Below are positions 10,214 to 21,039 of a DNA stretch of 64,000 bases, one piece after another. Source of the DNA: an uncultured Verrucomicrobiae bacterium (lineage in GTDB: Bacteria; Verrucomicrobiota; Verrucomicrobiia; Chthoniobacterales; UBA10450); assembly GCA_963735805.1 (NCBI GenBank), contig CAVTMK010000004.1, positions 806,878 to 870,877 on the forward strand, in the 5' to 3' direction. The position numbers and the translations under genes are program-made. The notes under the pieces are model-generated. The model ran no database searches, was not told the DNA's origin, and worked only from the letters and a program-made list of their open reading frames with translations. Within the stretch, counting starts at the first letter, position 1, and every line of letters starts with the position of its first letter.

Positions 10214-10699
10214 TCAGTCTCGGAAATTTTTGAAATTTGTGGCGACGCCAAAGTCACGGTTGCGGATAAATTGGATAACTGCCTGGAGGTCGTCCTTCTT
10301 TTTTCCCGTAACTCGAATCTGCCGATCCTGCAGTTGGCTTTGCACCTTGAAACCTTGCGACTTGATCGCCTGAATAATTTCCTTTGCCTTGTCGCCTTCG
10401 AGTCCCTGTTGAATCTTTAGTTCCTGTCGAGCGTGACCAACGGATGAAATGGCGGGATCGCCTTGTTCAATATTGCGCAAATCTACTCCGCGCTTCGAAA
10501 ATTTGCCGATGAGAATCTCGCGTAGTCCCCGCAGAAAAGAAGCGTCCTGGGCGGTGAGCGTGATCCTGTCCTTCTCGGTAAGTATCTCGGTTGTAATGCC
10601 CTTGAAGTCGAACCGAGTGGCCAGTTCTTTGCGTGCCTGATTAACCGCATTATCAAGTTCCTGCTTATCCACTTCAGATACGATGTCGAACGAAGGCAT
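10214..10699 (-). CDS. yajQ: YajQ family nucleotide/c-di-GMP-binding protein
   Basis: MPSFDIVSEVD start, RFDFKG, RVTGKKKDDLQ, NFRD end. Confidence 0.95.
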   Translation of the reverse strand: MPSFDIVSEVDKQELDNAVNQARKELATRFDFKGITTEILTEKDRITLTAQDASFLRGLREILIGKFSKRGVDLRNIEQGDPAISSVGHARQELKIQQGLEGDKAKEIIQAIKSQGFKVQSQLQDRQIRVTGKKKDDLQAVIQFIRNRDFGVATNFKNFRD

Positions 10700-10757
10700 G
10701 GGAAGTCTGGATACTAGATACTTGATGCTCGATGCCGAATCCAACGCAAGCGGACCA

Positions 10758-11564
10758 TCATGGATTTGCCTCTATGATTCTGATATCACCATTCGCCGTG
10801 CGCAGCTTGATTGCGCTCCCTCCTCCGCCGTGAACTAGCATGTCGATCTTCGTAGTTCCTGCGAATACCGGTCGTGCGACTGGAGGATTATCAAAGTCGT
10901 TGTCGATTTTTCCGGACGCTGTTTCGGCAATGAGATGGAAGGCAGCATTCGTGGGAAGAAATGCCCAGGTGTTTCCCCGGGCGACATTGGCTTGGACCGA
11001 AAATGTTCCATGTTCCCACCAGTCGTAGGACACGGAGAGATTGCCGCGCTGCAGCGTGAGGTCGACATCGCTAAAGCAATTGTGCGCGATCATACGACCA
11101 TCGCCTAACCAGGCATGCACACTTCGTCCACGCATTCCGTCCAGAAAGACTTCGCCAGCATCCAGCCGCAGTTGGGATATATTAGCGGTCGCAGGAACAA
11201 CGAAGGTGCAATCCACCGTTCCGGATCGATCAAATAACGCCCACTTCGGTCTCGGAGGAAGTTTGACGTTGATTGAAGCAGAAGTTGGCCGCACAGAAAC
11301 ATCGATCGTGATCTGCCTCAGCCGCATGCGACTATAAGCTTTCTTCGTTGTCTGAACCCGCATTTCGTTTGTATTCGATCCGTAAATCAGAACGGCTCCA
11401 TCATGGTTATGAATAGTTATGTCGGCGGTCGGCTGAATCGTGTAAAGCCGGTCGAAAGTTTCCTCCAAAACGGGACCATTCTCCGAGCCACAGCCAACAA
11501 GCGACAAGAACAGTACGGCAACAATTTGCCGAAAGTGACGCCGCTTAGCGAGAGTTGATTGCAC
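10758..11564 (-). CDS. DUF4097-like beta-strand repeat protein, probable lipoprotein
   Basis: LVGC lipobox-like motif; repeated beta-strand units (ETASGKI, RTANGDI). Start is GTG 11564 or TTG 11570. Confidence 0.7.
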   Translation of the reverse strand: MQSTLAKRRHFRQIVAVLFLSLVGCGSENGPVLEETFDRLYTIQPTADITIHNHDGAVLIYGSNTNEMRVQTTKKAYSRMRLRQITIDVSVRPTSASINVKLPPRPKWALFDRSGTVDCTFVVPATANISQLRLDAGEVFLDGMRGRSVHAWLGDGRMIAHNCFSDVDLTLQRGNLSVSYDWWEHGTFSVQANVARGNTWAFLPTNAAFHLIAETASGKIDNDFDNPPVARPVFAGTTKIDMLVHGGGGSAIKLRTANGDIRIIEANP

Positions 11565-11644
11565 GCGCAAACTCTATCAGCGCGTGCAGGTTGTTCATCA
11601 AGCCAAGAGCTGCGGTGTCGCAGCCGAGTCAGGCAATCGAACGG

Positions 11645-13180
11645 CTAAACCCAAAGCGTCCGGTCGAATGTGCGATATTGAATCGCTTCGCTCACGTGCT
11701 CGGGTGAGATCTCAGTCTTGCCTTCGAGATCGGCGATAGTGCGCGAAACTTTCAGAATACGATCATACGCGCGGGCGCTTAGATTCAATTCGTTCATGGC
11801 CACGCGAATCAGTTCCTGCGAATCCGGACTAAGTTTGCAGTGCTGCTTCAGGTGCCGGGTGGCCATGCGCGCGTTACTATTTATTTTTGCATCGCCGCGA
11901 AAGCGTTCTTGTTGACGTTGACGTGCAAGAACAACGCGCTCACGGATCGTGGCGGACGGTTCTTCGGCACGTTCGCTGGCAACGTCTCTATACTCGACGG
12001 CTGGGACTTCAATGTGCAGATCGATGCGATCCAGCAACGGGCCCGAAACGCGCTGGCGATAGCGCTGCACCTGCGTCGGACCGCACCGGCATTCGCGCTT
12101 GAGGTCGCCAAAGTAGCCACACGGGCACGGATTCATAGCGGCAACGAGCATAAACTCCGAGGGAAAAGTGACGCTGCCGGCCGCACGGGACACGGTAACT
12201 TTTCCGTCTTCGAGTGGCTGGCGCATTACCTCCAACGCCGATCTTTTAAATTCAGGCAGCTCATCAAGGAAGAGGACTCCATTGTGGGCGAGACTGACTT
12301 CGCCCGGATTCGGGAACGCGCCACCGCCCAGCAGCCCAATGTCACTGATGGTATGATGCGGCGGGCGAAATGGTCGCGTGGAGACGAACGATTTTTCGGC
12401 ATCGAGCAGACCGGCGATGCTGTGGATCTTTGTCGTCTCGATCGCTTCCTCGAGTGAAAGAGGCGGAATGATGGTAGGAATACGTTTGGCCAGCATCGAC
12501 TTTCCAGAGCCGGGCGGGCCAACCATCAGGATATTGTGACCTCCGGCGACCGCGACTTCAATCGCCCGTTTGACGTGCCGCTGGCCTTTTACGTCTCCGA
12601 AATCGACGTCATAACTTTGATGGGCGGCAAAAAACCTGGTTAAATCAGCGCGCGTCGGAAGTAGTGGACCTTCGCCTCGCAAAAATCCGAATGTCTGTCG
12701 CAGATTTTGTACTCCGTAGATATCGATTTTATCGACCATGGCGGCTTCTAGCGCGTTTATTTCGGGGACAAACAACGCGCGCTTGCCGCGACGCCGCGCC
12801 TCCAAGGCAACCGGCAAAACGCCTTTCACGGCTCGGACCGCCCCATCCAAGGCAAGCTCGCCTACAAAGCTGAAGTTTTCGAACGGCGAGCTGTCTAGTC
12901 CTTCTGTGACAGCGATCATTCCAAGGGCGATTGGTAGATCAAAGCTGGGTCCTTCTTTTTTGATATCGGCCGGAGCAAGGTTGATCGTCGTACGCCCCCG
13001 CGGCCAATAGTAACCGCTGTTTGCAATGGCTGTGGTAACTCGATCGCGGCTTTCCCTGACAGCAGCATCAGGCAGTCCAACAATAACGATGTTCGGGTCA
13101 CCGCCAGCGCCGTTAACCTCAATCTCCACCTCGTATGCATCCACGCCGTAAACAGCCGCCGAGTAAATTTTCGCCAGCAT
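11645..13180 (-). CDS. comM: YifB/ComM Mg-chelatase-like AAA+ ATPase
   Basis: [24 protein letters not shown] Walker [15 protein letters not shown]. Confidence 0.9.
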   Translation of the reverse strand: MLAKIYSAAVYGVDAYEVEIEVNGAGGDPNIVIVGLPDAAVRESRDRVTTAIANSGYYWPRGRTTINLAPADIKKEGPSFDLPIALGMIAVTEGLDSSPFENFSFVGELALDGAVRAVKGVLPVALEARRRGKRALFVPEINALEAAMVDKIDIYGVQNLRQTFGFLRGEGPLLPTRADLTRFFAAHQSYDVDFGDVKGQRHVKRAIEVAVAGGHNILMVGPPGSGKSMLAKRIPTIIPPLSLEEAIETTKIHSIAGLLDAEKSFVSTRPFRPPHHTISDIGLLGGGAFPNPGEVSLAHNGVLFLDELPEFKRSALEVMRQPLEDGKVTVSRAAGSVTFPSEFMLVAAMNPCPCGYFGDLKRECRCGPTQVQRYRQRVSGPLLDRIDLHIEVPAVEYRDVASERAEEPSATIRERVVLARQRQQERFRGDAKINSNARMATRHLKQHCKLSPDSQELIRVAMNELNLSARAYDRILKVSRTIADLEGKTEISPEHVSEAIQYRTFDRTLWV

Positions 13181-13371
13181 TGCCGTTGCAGAGTCGCAGA
13201 AAATTCTCGCGCCGAGAAGTGTGAAATATCCCTCTAAAGTGGGATGTATCCCAAGTCTACAAATCTCGTAGAATAGTTAGGGGTTCGTTCTAGACAGCTC
13301 TCGGAAACGCAGAGGAACCAGAACCCAAAAAGATTGAACAGGAGGCGTCAAAGCATTGTCACTACTCAGAA

Positions 13372-13390
13372 TATTTAACCTTGTTAAATA
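13372..13390. promoter_or_regulatory. AT-rich 8-3-8 palindrome, candidate operator between divergent comM and sigma factor genes
   Basis: TATTTAAC-ctt-GTTAAATA is a perfect inverted repeat. Confidence 0.45.
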
Positions 13391-13490
13391 CTTCCCAGGA
13401 TGCTACAACGCGTGATCGATAGGCCTGCGAGGAAAAGTAAGGCAAATTGTCGATTCAACCCCCCCAAAATGTTTGATGAAAAAGAGTTAT

Positions 13491-14345
13491 ATGGCTGCTG
13501 AAGATAGCGATACCGGAATTAAGATCTACCTGCGCGAGATAGGGCAAATCCCGCTCTTGACGCCCGACCAGGAGATCGAGCTGGCTGCCAAAATTAAGAA
13601 GGGCGACCGCGAAGCGCGAGCGTTGATGATTCGCTCCAATTTACGTTTGGTCGTCAAGATTGCGCATGACTACGCGAATCTTGGTCTGCCACTTCTCGAT
13701 CTGATCTCAGAGGGGAACATAGGTTTGATGAAGGCGGTGGAACGCTTCGATCCGGCGAAAGGCGGAAAACTCAGCACCTACGCCGCGTGGTGGATCAAAC
13801 AGTCCATCAAACGGGCACTGGCGAACCAGAGCAAAACGATCCGTTTGCCGGTCCATCTGGTGGATAAGATCTCAAAGATGCGCCGCGTCTCGCTGCAAAT
13901 GAGCGAAGAGCTTGGCCGCGAACCCACGGACGAGGAGCTTGGGGACGAGATTGGAATCGCGAGCGGGAAAGTATCTCAGCTCAAAACTGTGTCGATCCGG
14001 CCAGCGTCGCTTGACGCGCCGATTAGCGACGATGATTCCACCGAGTTTGGCGAGATCGTCGGCGACGAAGACGCGCAGACGCCATTTGAATTGTTGCGTG
14101 ACAAGAATCTACGTAACGAAGTTGGCGGCTTACTGGACGTGCTCGATGATCGCGAGAAGAAGATCATTTTCCAACGCTTCGGGCTCGATGGCGGCAAACC
14201 GAAAACGCTAGAGGAAGTGGGTAAGAAATTCGGCGTTACCCGCGAACGAATTCGTCAGCTGCAAAACATTGCGCTCTCGAAGTTACGCCGCGCACTCAGC
14301 AAAAAGGAGCGCCCCGTCGACGTGGAGTTGCCGGTGGAAGCTTAA
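13491..14345 (+). CDS. RNA polymerase sigma-70 factor, RpoD/SigA family, lacking region 1.1
   Basis: YLREIG (1.2), NLRLVV, DLISEGNIGLMKAVERFD, STYAAWWI, TRERIRQ (4.2). Alternative start 13476. Confidence 0.95.
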   Translation: MAAEDSDTGIKIYLREIGQIPLLTPDQEIELAAKIKKGDREARALMIRSNLRLVVKIAHDYANLGLPLLDLISEGNIGLMKAVERFDPAKGGKLSTYAAWWIKQSIKRALANQSKTIRLPVHLVDKISKMRRVSLQMSEELGREPTDEELGDEIGIASGKVSQLKTVSIRPASLDAPISDDDSTEFGEIVGDEDAQTPFELLRDKNLRNEVGGLLDVLDDREKKIIFQRFGLDGGKPKTLEEVGKKFGVTRERIRQLQNIALSKLRRALSKKERPVDVELPVEA

Positions 14346-14366
14346 GCGGATTGATATTCTCGTTTT

Positions 14367-14396
14367 AGAACGCGCGGACGCGAGTCCGCGCGTTCT
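14367..14396. terminator. Bidirectional intrinsic terminator between convergent sigma factor gene and pyk
   Basis: 13-bp perfect stem agaacgcgcggac / gtccgcgcgttct with GCGA loop. Confidence 0.8.
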
Positions 14397-14398
14397 TG

Positions 14399-15802
14399 TT
14401 ATTGCATCACACGCAGTTGAATCGAATCGATTAGTGCGCGGCCCATTCGCACGTCACTGACGATCACCATGCGATTTCCGGTCGTAGCCAACTTGTTCTT
14501 GCGCAAAAACTTCTCGGCTGCTGCGATTGTTTTCTGCGGATCGTCGGTGAAATCGATACAGACAGGAAAGGTTCCCCAATACAGCGCGAGTTGTCGATAG
14601 ACTTCCGCGCTCGGAGTGAAAGCAAAGACCGGCGCGTGTTGCGGCCTCAGATTCGAGGCATACTGCGCCATCCGTCCGTGCAGCGTGAAGACAATCAGCT
14701 TCGAATCTCGCATCGAGTTCGCCAGCCCGACGGCGGCCGCTACCATTTTCTGCCGAACGTTTTCCAAGAGTGCCTTTTCCGCATAACCTGCGCCGCCACT
14801 GCGCTCGATGCGCACTGCCACTCGCCGCAAGACTTCAACGCATTCAATCGGGTAACGACCGATCGTCGTTTCGCCGCTCAGCATCAACGCGTCCGCCTCT
14901 TCGAAAACCGCATTTGCCACATCGGTGATCTCAGCGCGCGTCGGCAGAGGATTGGTGATCATCGATTCTAATAACTGAGTGGCGACTATGACCGGCTTGC
15001 CCAGGCGAAGACAATGCTTCACGATACGGCGTTGGATGATGGGCAAATCCTCGATTGGGCATTCGATTCCCAAGTCGCCGCGCGCGACCATGATTACATC
15101 CGCACTCTCTATCATCTTGTCGATTGATCGTACCGCCAGTTGATCCTCGATTTTCGCCACGATCTGCGCCTTGCTCTTTTTTCGAGACAATAGCTTTCGC
15201 AGTTGTTCTATGTCGCCTTTTTCGCGCACAAAACTCAGTCCGATGAAATCGGCGCCCATTTCAACTCCAATGGAAATGTCAGCGAGGTCCTTGGCCGTGA
15301 GCGAAGGGAGATTTACGCGGACACCAGGCAGATTAATGTGACGTCGCGAACCGAGTGTAGCGGGTGTCAAAACTTTGCAACGCACACGATTTTTTCCCTT
15401 GTCGAGCACGAGCAATTTGATCAAGCCATTATCAACCAAAATAGTATTGCCAACCGTCACGTCCTCGACGAACCCGCCGTAGTTCACGTCCACCGAATAG
15501 CGCTCCTTGCCCTTCGCGCCACGCACAGTGAACTCCAGAATGTCACCTGGCTTTAGGTGCAAGGCGGCTTTCAGGTCGCCGGTCCGGATAGCCGGGCCTT
15601 GCGTATCGAATAAGAGGGCAACCGGACGTCCCGCCTCTTGTGCCAGCCGTCGGATGCGCGGAACGATGTCGCGGACCCAGTCATGGCTGGCATGGCTCAT
15701 GTTTAATCTGAAAACATCGCTGCCTTTCTGGATCAGTTGACGCAACACCTCGGTCTTTTCCGTGGCCGGACCGAGTGTGCAAATGATCTTGGTTTTGCGC
15801 AT
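14399..15802 (-). CDS. pyk: Pyruvate kinase
   Basis: KTKIICTLGPA, RLNMSH, AKIE, MVARGDLG, LMLSGET. Confidence 0.97.
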   Translation of the reverse strand: MRKTKIICTLGPATEKTEVLRQLIQKGSDVFRLNMSHASHDWVRDIVPRIRRLAQEAGRPVALLFDTQGPAIRTGDLKAALHLKPGDILEFTVRGAKGKERYSVDVNYGGFVEDVTVGNTILVDNGLIKLLVLDKGKNRVRCKVLTPATLGSRRHINLPGVRVNLPSLTAKDLADISIGVEMGADFIGLSFVREKGDIEQLRKLLSRKKSKAQIVAKIEDQLAVRSIDKMIESADVIMVARGDLGIECPIEDLPIIQRRIVKHCLRLGKPVIVATQLLESMITNPLPTRAEITDVANAVFEEADALMLSGETTIGRYPIECVEVLRRVAVRIERSGGAGYAEKALLENVRQKMVAAAVGLANSMRDSKLIVFTLHGRMAQYASNLRPQHAPVFAFTPSAEVYRQLALYWGTFPVCIDFTDDPQKTIAAAEKFLRKNKLATTGNRMVIVSDVRMGRALIDSIQLRVMQ

Positions 15803-15897
15803 CGATTAGAGAATTGAGTTTTGGATTGTAAAAGCCAAGACGCTTTTGAGTGGCGCAACTCTTTCAATCCGGGTGCACTACCCGGGAAGATCGCACC

Positions 15898-15931
15898 AAA
15901 AAAAAGCGGCACGCTTTTGGAGGCGTGCCGC
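15898..15931 (-). terminator. Intrinsic terminator of the DUF4142 gene
   Basis: gcggcacgc/gcgtgccgc stem preceded by an A-run on + (U-tract on the minus strand). Confidence 0.8.
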
Positions 15932-15953
15932 ATTGTGCAGTCAATACCTTTAC

Positions 15954-16466
15954 TTATTGCAGCTTGCCCTGCGTTTCTTTGGCCAGATCAAGATGTTCCT
16001 GGATTATCTTGGCCGTGTCGTCCGCAAACTTTTTCACGTCGGGATCGCTTCCGCCGCTAGCTTCCTCCTTAAATTCGGCCAGGTCCTTTTCGTGGTCCTT
16101 CACCATTGCGTCCATGTAAGCCTTGTCCGAACTCCATTTTCCGGTGTGCTCTTTGTTTGAAAGTTTCACACCTTTTTGCTCGGCGATCGATTTCAGCTCG
16201 TCGTTCGCCTTACTATGATCGGTGACCATTCGCTTACCGAATGATTTTACGTCTTCACTTTGGGCGTTTTGTTCAGCCGTTTTTCCCATGGCGACTTCCA
16301 TCATCCCGCCCTTCGCGGCTTTCTTCATGAAAGTCTTGTCTTTTTCGCTGACTGAAGAACTCTTCGCTGAATCGCTTTGTGCCATAGCCGCTCCGGCCAG
16401 GCAAAACGATCCAACTATCAGAGGAAGAACGAGAAACTTTGAGATAACTTTGATTGTAATTTTCAT
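15954..16466 (-). CDS. DUF4142 (ferritin-like) exported protein
   Basis: Signal peptide; EV..G..A, MVTDH..AN.EL, MVKDH pattern; AAGGGA SD before ATG 16466. Confidence 0.85.
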   Translation of the reverse strand: MKITIKVISKFLVLPLIVGSFCLAGAAMAQSDSAKSSSVSEKDKTFMKKAAKGGMMEVAMGKTAEQNAQSEDVKSFGKRMVTDHSKANDELKSIAEQKGVKLSNKEHTGKWSSDKAYMDAMVKDHEKDLAEFKEEASGGSDPDVKKFADDTAKIIQEHLDLAKETQGKLQ

Positions 16467-16632
16467 ATCTTTTCCCTTAGAAACATGCCGGAACGGGTCC
16501 GGCATTTAAGAATCGAAAATCGGCGTCACCTCGGACGTGGTCAGTTTCGACTTGCGCTCTCTCTTATGCTCGTGTTCAGATCGCTTCAGGAACACGAAGC
16601 TCTCCACAGCTACTGTTCATTATCCGGCACGC

Positions 16633-18042
16633 TTAGGAGATATTCTGCTCGTACGAGCTTTCTACGCGGGTCGCCACGTCTTTGTATCCGTGTTCTACCT
16701 CATAAATCTGTTTCATACAGGCGAGCGATTTTTCCTTTTCACTCATCCGCTCATAAACAAGTCCAAGATTGTAGACGATCTCTTTCTTCATCGCATCCAT
16801 TGGCAGGATTTCCTTTGAGGCCTCTTCCAGTTGTTTAGTTGCAAGGTCCAGCATCCCAAGCTCGCCGTAACAGCAGCCGAGCAGGTTCATCGCTTTCAAA
16901 CGCGCGTGCGGATTTTGCCGTGCCCGCTGCAATTCCGGTACGGCTTCGCGAAAACGCCCGGCACTGACGAGGTGCTGGCCCAACTCGAACCGAAGCTGGA
17001 GATCCGTCGGATTTCGAGCCGCGCGTTCACGTGCGTTTGCAATGAGAATTTCTGCCCGCTTCGCTTTGGCGGCCTTCAGTTCTTCAGATTTTCTTGCATG
17101 CGACTCATAGGCTGGATCGTGTGTTGACAAGAATTCCTCATGCGCAGCGATTTCGCGCTCCAGGCATTTGATTTTCAAATCGGAAGCCTTTCGGACTAAT
17201 CCAACGTCCGCGCCTTTGGTCAGGTCGGCCGCGCATTGATACCAGCCGATCGCTGCCTCCAGGTCTTCCTTTTGCTCATTCAACGCACCTAAGCGTCGCA
17301 CTAGGTCGACGTTTGCCGGCTCCGCCTTATGACGGGCGTACGTTTCGGCGATCTGTTTGTCGAGCGATTCACCGGTCAATCGCATGCGGGTTTGTTGCTC
17401 GAGCGAAATCGCCATTTCCTTATCCTTGATTAAGTCGCGATAACTTTCCGCCTGAGTCCATCCACCGCTCTTCATGGACGCGTGGGCTGCCGCGTCTTTA
17501 CCCAAACGGAGCGCTTGGGCATCGAGTGGATTTATCTCGATGATTTGGCTATACACTTCGACCTCCTGGTCGTTTTCTCCAAGCTCGTGGTACAAACGCC
17601 CCAACTCGTGCAGAACTTTGACATCTCGCGGATTTTCCTCCAGTAACGTCCGAAGAGCGAAAACGCCGATCTCTGGCCAACACGCTGCTATCGCAGCCTC
17701 TCTTAAAGCCAGGTTCGCCGGCCGATTGTAAGGTTCGTCCTCCAGCACCTTCTCCAACATTTCAATGGCGCGTTTCGGATCTTTCTTGACCTCTCGCTGG
17801 GCCTTCATGACGGCGATTGGCGCCGTGGAGATATTGAGAAAGCTTTTTTTGGATGCCTTGTTTTTTGTGACTTCGGTGCGCCGGAGCAACTGTCGTCCGG
17901 TCAGAAATTGCGGTTCCTGTTTCAGGATTTCCTGCAAAAGCGAGATTGCGTAACCGAGATTGCGCAGCTCCACCGCGGCAACCGCCTTGAGCCACAGACT
18001 GCGCTGTGTCTCATTCAGTTCCTTTTCCGTCTTAACCGCCAT
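16633..18042 (-). CDS. Tetratricopeptide repeat protein
   Basis: Multiple TPR-like helical pairs (LHELGRLY, YNLGLVYE). Confidence 0.85.
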   Translation of the reverse strand: MAVKTEKELNETQRSLWLKAVAAVELRNLGYAISLLQEILKQEPQFLTGRQLLRRTEVTKNKASKKSFLNISTAPIAVMKAQREVKKDPKRAIEMLEKVLEDEPYNRPANLALREAAIAACWPEIGVFALRTLLEENPRDVKVLHELGRLYHELGENDQEVEVYSQIIEINPLDAQALRLGKDAAAHASMKSGGWTQAESYRDLIKDKEMAISLEQQTRMRLTGESLDKQIAETYARHKAEPANVDLVRRLGALNEQKEDLEAAIGWYQCAADLTKGADVGLVRKASDLKIKCLEREIAAHEEFLSTHDPAYESHARKSEELKAAKAKRAEILIANARERAARNPTDLQLRFELGQHLVSAGRFREAVPELQRARQNPHARLKAMNLLGCCYGELGMLDLATKQLEEASKEILPMDAMKKEIVYNLGLVYERMSEKEKSLACMKQIYEVEHGYKDVATRVESSYEQNIS

Positions 18043-18219
18043 CGCGAATAGCTTACCACAATATGCAATTCCGCTGTCGCGCCTGTTTCGTCGGAGTCGG
18101 GCATGTAAGCCGGGACGGTCTGTCTAAAAATGACGCGCGCTCCTCGGGATAAGTAAGTTAACCAACCGGTGATGCGAATTTTGGAGGAAGCCCGTCTTCC
18201 ACTGCGCAAGGACTCGACT

Positions 18220-20778
18220 TCATAATAGATCCAGCTGCGGTTTCTCAATTTTGGTACCTGTCTTTGCCGATCTTTTGTGGGGCTTATTAACGGGCGGCGC
18301 GGTTATTCCGTCCGGTTTTTCCAGGTGTGACAGAATCTCCTTAGCCCGATCAAGAATTTCCTTTGGCAAACCTGCCAGCCGGGCGACCTGAATACCGTAG
18401 CTTTTGTCCGCGCCACCGGCGACGATTTTGCGCAAGAAAATGATTTGATCGTTCCACTCGCGCACTGCGACATTGAAATTGCAAACGCCCTTCCGTTCTG
18501 AGGCGAGTTTGGTCAACTCATGATAATGCGTGGCGAACAAAGTGCGGGCTTCGATTTTGTCATGTAGAAACTCAGCGACGCTCCAGGCGATCGAGAGTCC
18601 GTCGAATGTCGATGTGCCACGGCCAATCTCATCGAGGATCACCAGGCTCCGTTCAGTCGCATTATTGACGATATTCGAGGTCTCGTTCATCTCGACCATG
18701 AACGTGGATTGGCCGCGGCCTATATCGTCATTTGCTCCAACACGTGTGAAAATGCGATCGACCAGCCCGATCTCGGCGCTCTCAGCCGGAACGAAGCTGC
18801 CAATTTGAGCCATCAACACAATCAAGGCAACCTGGCGAATGTAGGTGGACTTTCCTGCCATGTTTGGTCCGGTCACAATGGCAAGTCGGATCGTTTCCCC
18901 ATCGAGTAACGTATCGTTAGGCACAAACTTTTCTTCCACCAGATTCTGGTCGAGTACCGGGTGTCGCCCATCTTTGATCATCAGCCGCAGCGTGTCGTTT
19001 AACTGCGGCCGGCAATAACGGAACAACCGCGCTGTCTCGGCGAGCGCGCAAATGACATCGAGAACTGCGATAGCCGCCGCGGTTTGCTGAATAGACTCCA
19101 GCTCGCGTAGAGTTTCTTCGCGCAGAGTTTGGAAAAGCTGATACTCAAGCTGACGCGCCCGTTCGTCTGCCCCGAGGATTTTTGCCTCTATTTCCTTTAA
19201 CTCGGGCGTGACGAAGCGCTCGCCGCTTACGGTGGTTTGTTTGCGCGTGTAGTGCGCAGGCACGTTCCCGAGGTTCGATTTCGTTACCTCGATGAAATAA
19301 CCAAAAACGGAGTTGTAGCGTACCTTGAGTGACTTGATACCCGTTGCCGCGATCTCGCGCTCCTGCAAATGACCGATCCAATTTTTTCCTTCGCGCGAAG
19401 CGCGCCGCAGTTCGTCAAGATCCGGGTCGTAATCGTCGCGAAAAATGCCGCCTTCCTTTAGCGCCAATGGCGGATCATCGACCACTGCTTTTCCGAGTTT
19501 CTCAGTCAAGATCGGTATCTCGTGAATCTTGGCTTGCAGCTGTAGCGGCAAAGCGGACTGACCGAGCCCACTGTTTTCCTCTGTTACGCTCGGCGTCTCC
19601 TCGGCGCGGCTAGCAGGCGCCGGTGGCGTCCTACCGAATTCAATTCTCGCGATTAGTTTCTGTAATTCGTTCTTCAGTTTCGGAATTTCTTGCAGCGAAA
19701 ATTTCAGCGCTACGAGGTCGCGCGCGTTTCCCGAAGCCTGGCTCAATCGGGACAGTGCGCGTTCGAGGTCGCGAATCGGTTTTAATTGAGCGCGGATTGC
19801 CGCGAGCAGATCTGTTTCCTGCAACAAATCGGCGATCATTTGCTGGCGGGTTTCGAGCTCAAGCAAATTTCGCAGTGGTTGCAAAATCCATGAACGCAGT
19901 TTGCGGCCGCCCATCGGCGTGATGGTGCGATCAAGAACCGCGAGCAAACTGGTGTTCCGTGTTCCGCGTGATTCAACCAGCTCAAGATTTGTTTGGGTCG
20001 CTGCATCGAGCATGACGAATTCCGCCGGCGCATCGCATCGCAGCGATGTGAGATGGTCAATGTTCCGCCGTAGCTGGTGCTTCAAATAATGAACAATTGC
20101 GCCACCGGCAGCGACCGCCTGGGACATTTCTCCACAGCCGAAGCCATCCAGCGATTTCGTTTTGAAATGTTCGCACAAGGTGAAGATCGCCTGCTCAGGC
20201 AGGAATGCGTAGCTGTCATACTCAAGCGCGTGATCAATCTGGCGAAGCTGATCCTTCTGTTCTGAACTTATGAGGAGTTCCGACGGCGAAATGCGCGCCA
20301 GTTGGTCAAGGAGAGATTGTCGATCTCCCAACTGGGAGAGTCGAAACTCACCTGTCGTGAGGTCTGCGTACGCAAAGCCGAATGTGTTGCCATCAATGTA
20401 AACTGCTCCCAAATAATTCGCGCGTTTCGCTTCGAGTAAGTCGAGATCGCTAACCGTGCCCGCGCTGATGATCTGGGTGATGTCGCGGGAGACGATTTTC
20501 CCGGGTTGCGGCTCGCTCGTCTGATCGCAAATTGCCACGCGCCGGCCGGCCTTGATTAACTTTGCGATGTAGCTTTGCGCCGCGTGATACGGCATGCCGC
20601 ACATCGGCACACCATTGCGCTTGGTCAAGGCGACGTTCAGCAAAACCGAGGCTTCCTTTGCATCTTCAAAGAACAATTCATAAAAATCCCCGAGCCTAAA
20701 CAACAAGAGCGTGTCTGCCGGGATGCTGCCTCGGAGGCGCCTGTATTGCTGCATCATCGGAGTAAGCGCATCCCGCAT
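18220..20778 (-). CDS. mutS: DNA mismatch repair protein MutS
   Basis: TPMMQQY, GDFYELF, GPNMAGKST, STFMVEM, DEIGRGTST, SYGIQVA. Confidence 0.98.
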   Translation of the reverse strand: MRDALTPMMQQYRRLRGSIPADTLLLFRLGDFYELFFEDAKEASVLLNVALTKRNGVPMCGMPYHAAQSYIAKLIKAGRRVAICDQTSEPQPGKIVSRDITQIISAGTVSDLDLLEAKRANYLGAVYIDGNTFGFAYADLTTGEFRLSQLGDRQSLLDQLARISPSELLISSEQKDQLRQIDHALEYDSYAFLPEQAIFTLCEHFKTKSLDGFGCGEMSQAVAAGGAIVHYLKHQLRRNIDHLTSLRCDAPAEFVMLDAATQTNLELVESRGTRNTSLLAVLDRTITPMGGRKLRSWILQPLRNLLELETRQQMIADLLQETDLLAAIRAQLKPIRDLERALSRLSQASGNARDLVALKFSLQEIPKLKNELQKLIARIEFGRTPPAPASRAEETPSVTEENSGLGQSALPLQLQAKIHEIPILTEKLGKAVVDDPPLALKEGGIFRDDYDPDLDELRRASREGKNWIGHLQEREIAATGIKSLKVRYNSVFGYFIEVTKSNLGNVPAHYTRKQTTVSGERFVTPELKEIEAKILGADERARQLEYQLFQTLREETLRELESIQQTAAAIAVLDVICALAETARLFRYCRPQLNDTLRLMIKDGRHPVLDQNLVEEKFVPNDTLLDGETIRLAIVTGPNMAGKSTYIRQVALIVLMAQIGSFVPAESAEIGLVDRIFTRVGANDDIGRGQSTFMVEMNETSNIVNNATERSLVILDEIGRGTSTFDGLSIAWSVAEFLHDKIEARTLFATHYHELTKLASERKGVCNFNVAVREWNDQIIFLRKIVAGGADKSYGIQVARLAGLPKEILDRAKEILSHLEKPDGITAPPVNKPHKRSAKTGTKIEKPQLDLL

Positions 20779-21039
20779 GATTTCAGAATTAAATCACCCG
20801 GCGTGAATTGCGAGTTCGGAATCTGGATTTGCAAAAATTCCTCGCCTGATGGAAGCGTTTGTCTCAAATCTTTCCGCGATCTTCACGCCTCTGGGAGCAG
20901 AGAGTTTGCCGCTGATAACCTCAAGCTTTTGCTGGCGCGAATGCGTGATCCGGTCGCTGTTTGATCTGCGGCAAGAGACAAAGACCACCTTCCGTCTCTG
21001 TGCGCCTTGGTGCGACAGTCCACGAAAGTCTTCGGGGAC

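Noticed and set aside
20794..21039. Possible decayed GIY-YIG nuclease gene or island scar downstream of tmRNA
   Set aside because: Only faint fragments (AERFE, PSGEEFL in different frames); no GIY/YIG motif and no att duplication
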